From: Selaginella moellendorffii
Lineage: Eukaryota; Plantae; Lycopodiophyta
Reading direction: 5' to 3'
DNA: 6,445 nt
Assembly (NCBI RefSeq): GCF_000143415.4
Contig: NW_003314505.1
Location: 17,021 to 23,465 of the forward strand
Of this stretch, positions 1-6,445 are shown piece by piece. Position 1 is the stretch's first letter. Each line of letters opens with the position of its first letter. The position numbers were made by a program, and so were the translations under genes. The notes under the pieces were generated by a model that made no database searches, was not told the origin of the DNA, and saw nothing but the letters and a program-made list of their open reading frames with translations.

Positions 1-1149
1 ATGAATCAAGACATCATCAATGAAGTTAGCAGTCACCTCTGGCATATCACAAAGAACCTCGTCCATCATCAGTTGGAAAGTTGCTGGAACATTGTTCAAA
101 CCAAACGGCATCACCAAGAACTCGTACAAATCAAATGGTGTATGAAAAGTAGTCTTAAGAATATCTTTGTTAGCCATCAGTACTTGCCAGTACCCAAAAG
201 CAAGATCTAGCTTGGTAAACTAACGACTTTGCCCCAGACGATCCAAGAGATCAGCAGTGTGAGGAAAAGGGTACACATCCGGGATCGTCACTTTATTTAA
301 CAAACGATAGTCGATGTAGAAACAAATACTCCCATCAGGCTTCATCACAAGATGAGGTTCACATGCTCAAGGATTCCACAACTTCCGAATAACACCCTTT
401 TCCAACATCTCTTTGATGTTTGCACGTAAAATCTTAATCTCCTTGGGTGACCGACGACAAATAGGAACCTTGATTGGATGAGCATCTTCAGTTGGAATTA
501 GATGACATGTGGCAATTTTGGCCCCAGCCGATAGGTCAAATTCAAAGAGATCAAAATACTCCTTCATGAGCCGGTCAACAGCTGCAATACAAAGATCGTC
601 GGAGGGATCGGAAAAGAGAAAAGCAGAACAAAATGCAAACACAGGAGGAAATAGTGGGGGAACAAAAGTAATGGAAGCAAAGGTAGAAGTAAAGGGACGA
701 AGAGGTACGGAAGTGAGAGGAATGGATGAAACATAAGGAAGTATGAGATAAAGGGGAAAAGCCTCAAAGTCACACTTAACATGATTGCACTGCAACCAAT
801 CCATACCAAGAATGAGGTCAAAAACTTGACTCGGCACCACCTGCAACAATTGCAACTCAAGCTCAAAATCGCCCACACGCACAACCAGGTCTGCCTCATC
901 TCGTGCATATGCATGTGTACAGCCGTTACCATAAAGAATGAAAACTGGGTCCATTGCACGACACAAGTGTAGACGACAACGTGTGGCAATAAGTCGAGTA
1001 ATAGAATATAAATGAACCTGTATCAACTAACACGGAGAGAATAATAGGAGACTTTTTGTTATAAAAATGAGCTTAGAAAGTAAACACTGGATGAACCGGT
1101 GCCGAGTGAACCCCTTGATGATACTCCCGAAAGAAAGATGGAGGGGTCA
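1..1149 (-). mobile_element. Degenerate Ty3/gypsy LTR-retrotransposon pol fragment (aspartic protease, then reverse transcriptase), continuing off the left edge
   Basis: Minus-strand translation gives the protease active site VLVDTGS (DTGS codons 1024-1013) and then, after a frameshift, FDLILGMDWL. RT follows: EMLEKGVIRKLWNP*ACEPHLVMKPDGSICFYIDYRLLNKVTIPDVYPFP...RLGQSR*FTKLDLAFGYWQV...YEFLVMPFGLNNVPATFQLMMDEVL...NFIDDVLIH (FIDD at 24-13). PR directly before RT is the gypsy order. In-frame stops lie at 1075-1073, 369-367 and 222-220. Confidence 0.95.
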
Positions 1150-1416
1150 TTGCATTGGTCGATAGCCTTGCGAAACAGATGATCGTGGTAAGCAACAAAA
1201 GATGAGACATGGATTCATGAAATCTAATCTCAAGCTCGCGTGATGCAGTTGAAGGACGCAACATACGCCAACATAGACGACTTTCTTGATGCTGCAAACA
1301 GCCAAGGCAAGACTGTCTACACATCCGTGGAGAGTCCCGGCGAGGGCCAGAACTCCAACACGGTCTCCAGAGAAGCCAGGCTGCTCAAGAGGATGTTTCT
1401 GAAGATTAGAGAATGA
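1150..1416 (+). pseudogene. IFT70: 3' fragment (last 1.5 exons) of IFT70/TTC30, copy 1, 5'-truncated at the retroelement junction
   Basis: 1152-1187 reads ALVDSLAKQMIV, then a GT-AG intron at 1188-1248, then exon 1249-1416 LKDATYANIDDFLDAANSQGKTVYTSVESPGEGQNSNTVSREARLLKRMFLKIRE*(TGA 1414-1416). This matches the recalled IFT70 C-terminus (LAKHMIVLKD...EARMLKKMFLKLRD*). Near-identical to 5499-5756. Confidence 0.9.
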
Positions 1417-2107
1417 GGTATGTCCGTCCATTCAGTTTGCTAGTTCCTAAGATAACTTCATTACAGGTAGGCATGGCTTGCAAGCCTTGGTGTTGCAAAA
1501 ACTTCAAGTGGAACCTTTCGTCTCACCGACACTCCATCCGAGATCTCGTCCATGCTCAGCTCCTTGCCACTGACCTTCCACTTGAACCCATGGACGAGGC
1601 AAGCAAGAGTGTACGAAACCATGGCTACACCAAGAGACAATCCGGGACAGATCCTTCGACCAGATCCAAAAGGCAGCAGCTCAAAGTTCTTCCCCTTGAA
1701 GCTGATCGAGCTCTCCACAAATCTATCCGGCTTGAAGAGATTGGGAGACTCCCACAAGCTTGGATCTCGTGCAATTGACCATACGTTGACCAAAACTCGC
1801 GAGTTCTTGGGGATCTTGTAGCCGTTGACTAGGCAGTCTTGCGTTGAATGGCGAGGGAGTAGCATTGGCCCTGGCGGATGCAAGCGGAACACTTCGTTGA
1901 CAACATTGTGGATGTAGCTAAGCTTGCAAAGATCGGCTTCCACCACCATCCGCTCACGGCCCACAATTGTGTCAATCTCTTTTTGGGCTTTGATCATACA
2001 TGTTGGACTGTTCATGAGCTCTGAAAGTGCCCACTCGGTGGTGATGGACGAAGTTTCAGTACCGGCAACGATCATGTCCTTGTGAAGAGAAAATAAGGTT
2101 AGCATAC
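1150..2107 (+). repeat. Direct segmental repeat, copy 1 (IFT70 3' end plus P450 3' half)
   Basis: Aligns with 5499-6445 at high identity, with scattered substitutions and a few indels. The offset is 4349 before a 9-nt indel, then 4340, ending at 4338. It includes introns and the intergenic spacer. Confidence 0.97.
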
Positions 2108-2972
2108 CAAAGGAAATTAAACTTACCATGATCACTGCTTTCATGCATTGAACGTCAATTTCTCCTTGGTCTTCCAATGACGAAAGCACGTCAACAAAGT
2201 CACGCGCACGCTCTGATGACTTGACTTTAGACTTGTGCTCGTCCACGATCTCTTGCAAAAGCTGGTCCAGTTTCGTGTGAGCCGAGATCATCTTTCGGAT
2301 CGCGGGGCTGCCAAGCCACGAGAGGAATGGAAAGTAGTCGCCCAACACAAACGAGCCCATCAGCCGCAGTACTTCTTCGATCAGCTCCACAGAGCCAGCG
2401 TGAAATTCTCTCCCAAACGTGATCGAGCTCACAACATTGAGGTTGAGGATGGACAAAAGGACTTTCATGTTGATTGAGGCTTTCCCGTTTTGACCATTAT
2501 TGACTATAAAGTCAATGAGCTTCGAAACTTGCGTGTGCCTCACCATTCTGGATTCCTCGAGCCTTTTTGCAGTGAAGAGTTCCACAGTGGTGACCTTCCT
2601 CATCAATTTCCAATAGGGACCATAGCTGGTCCATGCCAAGTCCTTACCATTGTAGAACATGTACTTGGCTATAGATATCTTTGGCCTTGAAGCAAAGGCA
2701 AGATCTTGAGTGCACAGAACTTCTCTTGCAGCATCTGGGGAAGAGACCACAAGCGTTGGAGCAAAACCAAACCAGAGCAACATGACGGGGCCATATCTAC
2801 GTGAGAGATCTGAGAGAGATTTGTGAGGAAGAACACCCAGCAAATGCAAGTGACCCAGAAGCGGCACTCTAGGCGGGCCTGGAGGAAGGCTTCGATCAAC
2901 AATTTTCGTTAGAATCCTCCATAGGAGACCAAAAGACAGTGTAAGCAAGAACAGAGCTACAATACTTGCCAT
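1461..2972 (-). CDS. Cytochrome P450, plant CYP71 clan (A-type); two exons (2972-2127, 2078-1461), about 487 aa spliced
   Basis: ATG at 2972-2970. Hydrophobic N-terminal anchor, proline hinge LPPGPPRVPLLGHLHLL, WxxxR (WKLMR), I-helix AGTETSS, K-helix EVFR, PDRF, and heme motif PFGSGRRICPG. No frameshift or internal stop. The family number cannot be assigned by eye. Confidence 0.96.
   Translation of the reverse strand: MASIVALFLLTLSFGLLWRILTKIVDRSLPPGPPRVPLLGHLHLLGVLPHKSLSDLSRRYGPVMLLWFGFAPTLVVSSPDAAREVLCTQDLAFASRPKISIAKYMFYNGKDLAWTSYGPYWKLMRKVTTVELFTAKRLEESRMVRHTQVSKLIDFIVNNGQNGKASINMKVLLSILNLNVVSSITFGREFHAGSVELIEEVLRLMGSFVLGDYFPFLSWLGSPAIRKMISAHTKLDQLLQEIVDEHKSKVKSSERARDFVDVLSSLEDQGEIDVQCMKAVIMVSLISFGMLTLFSLHKDMIVAGTETSSITTEWALSELMNSPTCMIKAQKEIDTIVGRERMVVEADLCKLSYIHNVVNEVFRLHPPGPMLLPRHSTQDCLVNGYKIPKNSRVLVNVWSIARDPSLWESPNLFKPDRFVESSISFKGKNFELLPFGSGRRICPGLSLGVAMVSYTLACLVHGFKWKVSGKELSMDEISDGVSVRRKVPLEVFATPRLASHAYL
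2079..2126 (-). other. 48-nt phase-0 spliceosomal intron of the P450, read through in frame by the ORF track as VSLISFGMLTLFSLHK
   Basis: Minus strand: ATG|GTAAGT...GCTAAC (branch-like)...CACAAG|GAC. It sits just before the I-helix DMIVAGTET, the position of the conserved A-type P450 intron. Removal gives KAVIM-DMIVAGTET. Confidence 0.9.
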
Positions 2973-3002
2973 GGATAATTTTACACACCAGTGTGTGCAA
3001 TG

Positions 3003-3011
3003 TACTTATAG
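3003..3011 (-). promoter_or_regulatory. Candidate TATA box of the P450
   Basis: CTATAAGTA on the minus strand, about 30-40 nt upstream of the ATG. Motif and position only; it would imply a very short 5' UTR. Confidence 0.35.
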
Positions 3012-3596
3012 TAAGAGATAGCTTCTTTACCTCCATGCATTTCTTATCTGTTTATTCTTCTCGTCCTCAAATACTTTTCAGTCAGTTATGGTTTAAGGTT
3101 AAAGGATACGATATTTGTCACTACATTACGTTGGCATTGGTTGCAACGTACGTTCCTCTCGATGTTCTTCTTTTCTTTCTTCTTCTTTGGTTTTGATGAA
3201 TCGAAACCCTTATCTTTGAGCTTTTACGATGGTAATTACATTATATCCAGGGTGAATTGTGAATCTGATTTTGTAACGCCATCTACGACTTGCTACAAAG
3301 GGTGTCATAAAGGTGTCATTGATATTCAGGTGAAGGTAGGTAGGTATGTGCTAGATGCTCCTCAATGCTATTTTTTGTGTCAAGCTCAATCTCAAAGTGA
3401 ATGCTATAATGCGTGTAGCTTAGTTTGAATCGAAGTTGAGATAAAATCTCCAAGTGTGTGGGCTTTTGAATTTAGAATCCTCACCATTGTGATTGGCAAG
3501 AAAATACTCCGCAGGTAATGACCAAACACAAGTATCCCAGATCAGAACATGGTATCATGCGTTCCTCGAAGGCTTGTTGGCACATCAAAACGGGCA

Positions 3597-5783
3597 CAGC
3601 TTGAGCTGGCCTGCAACAGAGCTGTTTGTCTTTACCGTCTAAAGCATTACAATGAACGAATTTTCTTTACGTTAGTTTGCAGCTCTTAGTGTTCTTGCAG
3701 AAATTCTGGAACATGGCGTGCGACAATATCCCGAACTCAGCATTGGTAGGTATGCTCTTTGTCACCACATTAGTTGCTTTTGCATCTCTCATGCGTGAGA
3801 GGCTCTTGAAGCTCACCACATGATACATGAGAGAAATAGCAAGCAAGACACATAGCAAAACATGACCACCAATAGCCAGTAGAGTGGACAAATCAGAAAG
3901 TGGACACACACCTAAACTCACGTGTATCTAAAAGCCAATGGTCTATGCCTCCACTGGTGGACACTATGTCAGAAACCAAAAACATCTAGATAGTGTCCCC
4001 ACTAGAAGCAAGCATCTGAAGTATGCTAGAAGCATGAGAGCAATAATTGATGCAATGTAACAGCTCATCACTCTTTGTCCCTGTAATCTTTTTAATGCCA
4101 AGTATTTATCAACTCAAATACTAACCTTTAAACCTGAAGCCAACCATATAAAAGAAATGGCTATATATAAAACAAATTTCTCCAAATTCTAGACTATACA
4201 TTTTCTGCTTTTAAAGCCACGTAGAGGGCATTGAGATATGTAGCGTTGGAAAAGCCCAGCGCTCAAAGAATCTGCATCAGTCGAAGCTTTCAACTTGAAG
4301 ATCCGATCAATTCTTTTTGACTCGCTTGATTTGGTTCTTTGTTTAGGCTGCCATTGACTACGTTAATGGAAATTTGGGGGCCGCAAAGGAAAACCTCACT
4401 GACATGCCACCACGTGCAGAAGAAGAGTTAGGCTCAGTACTTTCTGATACTTCCGCTATCAGAAAGTTGTTTATTTTTGTTTTTCCTTTCCTCAGGTCAC
4501 GCTTCACAATCAAGCCCTGATGAATATGGAAGTTGATCCTACTGCAGGCTTCCGTAAACTTAATTTTTTGTTGCAGGTAGTCATTTTCATTCTTTTATGA
4601 TTATTCTGACCACTCGCTATAGAATCCGCCATTTCCTTCAGAGACATTGGCTAATCTACTTCTGCTGTATTGGTAAACCTTCCCATGGATTCTACGATCT
4701 TGCAGCTGATGTAATGGCAGAGCATGTGGAAGTTATCTTCAAGTATCCATCTCAGGTACGCTTGAAGCACATAAACTTCACAAGCATTAGTCTTTTTACA
4801 TCTAATATTATGCAGGACCTCTACGACTTTATTAACTGCATCATTTTGACAAAGACGTCACCGGAGGTTATTCAATTATTGTTAGTTGCTATGTTGTTGA
4901 GCTAAGCTTGACTGTCGGACAGGATGCATATCAAAAGATGAATGAGCTGGCAAATCGTTATAGTGAAACCATGCGCAGGCTCACCAAACAAATCCAGGAT
5001 TCTTGTCTTTCTCGCGATCAGGAGGGCCACAAGAAGGCTTTGGCAGAGTATGAAGACTCTCTTGAGGTAAGATGTTCGTAATGTTTTGCCTTTTGCTTTT
5101 CGAGCATCGGCTCTTCTATAGTATTATATACCTATCATCATGGCAATTACAAAGCTTTTCTGGCGATTACAATATATTCTTGTAATATATTGGTCTTTAG
5201 CAGAATGAGGTGGCCGAAGATTTGATGCGAAAGATTGAAGAAGAGGAAGAGAGAGCGCACTACGAGGTTTGCCATTTATATATAACTTAAGCGGCTACTA
5301 GTGGTTTTAATTCCGTGTTCCTTTTCTAGAATCCAGACAAGCAGGAATTGCATTTATGCATTGTAAACCTTGTGATCGGTACCCTCTACTGCGCAAAAAA
5401 AAACTTCGAGTTCGGTATTAGCCATATCATCAGAAGTCTGGAGCCTTATGGGAAAAAGCTGGAAGCAGACACGTAGTTTTATGCGAAGCGTTGCTTTCTT
5501 GCATTGGTCGATAGCCTTGTGATCGTGGTAAGCAACAAAAGACGAGGCACAGATTCATGAAATCTAATCTCAAGCTTGCGTGATACAGTTGAACGATGCG
5601 ACATACGCCGACATAGACGACTTTCTTGATGCTGCGGACAGCCAAGGCAAGATTGTCTACACATCCGTGGAGAGTCCCGGCGAGGGCCAGAACTCCAACA
5701 CGGTCTCCAGAGAAGCCAGGCTGCTCAAGAGGATGTTTCTGAAGATTAGAGAATGCGGTATGTCCGTCCATTCAGCTTGCTAG
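3597..5783 (+). pseudogene. IFT70: Multi-exon IFT70/TTC30/fleer/DYF-1 (IFT-B TPR protein) pseudogene, copy 2
   Basis: Exons by hand translation: ~3597-3650 QLELACNRAVCLYRLKHY; 3676-3749 FAALSVLAEILEHGVRQYPELSIG; 4217-4300 HVEGIEICSVG/fs/SPALKESASVEAFNLK; 4347-4436 AAIDYVNGNLGAAKENLTDMPPRAEEELGS; 4496-4576 VTLHNQALMNMEVDPTAGFRKLNFLLQ; 4623-4755 NPPFPSETLANLLLLY/fs/KPSHGFYDLAADVMAEH...; 4816-4866 DLYDFINCIILTKTSPE; 4923-5066 ...MRRLTKQIQD...AEYEDSLE; 5122-~5165 YYIPIIMAITKLFW; 5201-5266 QNEVAEDLMRKIEEEEER; 5330-5527 HLCIVNLVIGTLYCAKKNFEFGISHIIRSLEPYGKKLEADT*FYAKRCFLAL; 5589-5783 final exon. LTDMPPRAEEEL, VTLHNQALMNM and HLCIVNLVIGTLYCAK are hallmark TTC30/IFT70 motifs. The lesions are listed in the findings. 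Confidence 0.95.
3760..4070. mobile_element. 311-bp insertion in an IFT70 intron, probable solo LTR
   Basis: Termini TGTCAC...CATCA (TG...CA), flanked by the direct repeat CTCTT (3755-3759 and 4071-4075). The host intron (3750-4216, 467 nt) is far longer than the other introns here (46-63 nt). Confidence 0.65.
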
Positions 5784-6445
5784 TTTCTAAGATAACTTCA
5801 TTACAGGTAGGCATGGCTTGCAAGCCTTGGTGTTGCAAAAACTTCAAGTGGAACCTTTCGTCTAACCGCCACTCCTTCCGAGATTCGTCCATGCTCAGCT
5901 CCTTGCCACTGACCTTCCACTCGAACCCATGGACGAGACGAGCAAGTGTACGAAACCATGGCTACGCCAAGAGACAATCCGGGACAGATCCTTCGACCAG
6001 ATCCAAAAGGCAGCAGCTCAAAGTTCTTCCCCTTGAAGCTGATCGAGCTCTCCGCAAATCTATCCGGGTTGAAGAGATTGGGAGACTCCCACAAGCTTGC
6101 ATCTCGTGCAATTGACCATACGTTGACCAAAACTCGCGAGTTCTTGGGGATCTTGTAGCCGTTGACTAGGCAGTGTTGCGTTGAATGGCGAGAGAGTAGC
6201 AATGGCGCTGGCGGATGCAAGCGAAACACTTCGTTGACAACATTGTGGATGTAGCTAAGCTTGCAAAGATCGGCTTCCACCACCATCCGCTCACGGCCCA
6301 CAATTGTGTCAATCTCTTTTTGGGCTTTGATCATACATGTTGGACTGTTCATGAGCTCTGAAAGTGCCCACTCGGGTAGTGATGGCCGAAGTTTCAGTAC
6401 CAGCAAGCATCATGCCATTGCGAAGAGAAAATAAGGTTAGCATAC
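5499..6445 (+). repeat. Direct segmental repeat, copy 2 (extends beyond the window)
   Basis: Counterpart of 1150-2107, still aligned at the last base of the window (AAATAAGGTTAGCATAC). Confidence 0.97.
5801..6445 (-). pseudogene. Second copy of the CYP71-clan P450 (exon 2 plus part of the intron; the rest is outside the window), disrupted
   Basis: Near-identical to 1461-2107. Lesions relative to copy 1: +1 G at ~6374-6376 (frameshift just after the I-helix), a 2-nt deletion at ~5946, a 1-nt deletion at ~5884, and the intron acceptor changed from AG to AT at ~6417-6418. The heme motif PFGSGRRICPG is retained. Confidence 0.88.

Noticed and set aside
509-736. 75-aa purine-rich ORF, and ORFs 1-210, 564-989 and 781-972
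   Set aside because: These are alternative or antisense frames of the retrotransposon pol region.
1147-1431. Minus-strand ORF MDGHT..., also present at 5430-5771
   Set aside because: It is the antisense shadow of the last IFT70 exon and intron. Its presence in both copies is explained by the recent duplication, and it has no recognisable domain.
1413-1821. Plus-strand ORFs 1413-1778 and 1552-1821, and their copies 5753-6115 and 5946-6158
   Set aside because: They are antisense to the P450 CDS, and their frames are altered by indels between the copies.
2983-2996. Small palindrome ACACAC-CA-GTGTGT upstream of the P450 ATG
   Set aside because: The arms are 6-bp dinucleotide repeats, which is expected by chance.
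3141-3428. 95-aa Cys-rich ORF with a hydrophobic N-terminus as a secreted defensin-like peptide
   Set aside because: It starts at TTG, the hydrophobic stretch comes from a low-complexity TTC/T tract, and the Cys spacing fits no family I recognise. Non-coding sequence or an IFT70 remnant is more likely.
3667-3921. 84-aa hydrophobic minus-strand ORF
   Set aside because: It spans the insertion boundary and the antisense of an IFT70 exon, has a non-ATG start, and has no other support.
4301-4346. AT...AG intron as a U12 or other non-canonical intron
   Set aside because: The 5' end ATCCGATC does not match the U12 consensus (RTATCCTT). A G->A donor mutation in a pseudogene is simpler.
4597-4905. 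102-aa ORF as a standalone gene
   Set aside because: It is a chimera of IFT70 introns, an out-of-frame exon part and two true exon segments.
1-6445. RT plus two near-identical repeats as a DGR- or retron-like system
   Set aside because: The RT is a dead gypsy-type enzyme preceded by a retroviral-type protease. The repeats are kb-scale gene duplicates with introns, and the mismatches are not adenine-specific.

Overview
Eukaryotic land-plant genomic DNA, most likely from a compact-genome plant with flagellated sperm such as a Selaginella-like lycophyte. That inference rests on a plant CYP71-clan P450, a green-lineage IFT70 and 46-63 nt introns. Left to right: (1) a decayed Ty3/gypsy pol fragment (protease then RT, minus strand, 1-1149); (2) fused directly to it, the last 1.5 exons of an IFT70/TTC30 (fleer/DYF-1) intraflagellar transport gene (1150-1416, +); (3) an apparently intact CYP71-clan cytochrome P450 (2972-1461, -, one 48-nt in-frame intron, about 487 aa spliced); (4) a multi-exon IFT70 pseudogene that the ORF track does not reveal (about 3597-5783, +), with frameshifts, a premature stop, a dead splice donor, a large internal deletion and a solo-LTR-like insertion; (5) a second, pseudogenised copy of the P450 running off the window (5801->6445, -). 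The window is a recent tandem duplication, period about 4340 bp, of a tail-to-tail IFT70/P450 pair. I see no convincing new biological system. The interest lies in the co-duplication of a ciliary gene with a metabolic P450, the very tight gene packing, and the uneven decay of the copies. IFT70 comparisons use recalled human and Chlamydomonas sequences, not a database search.
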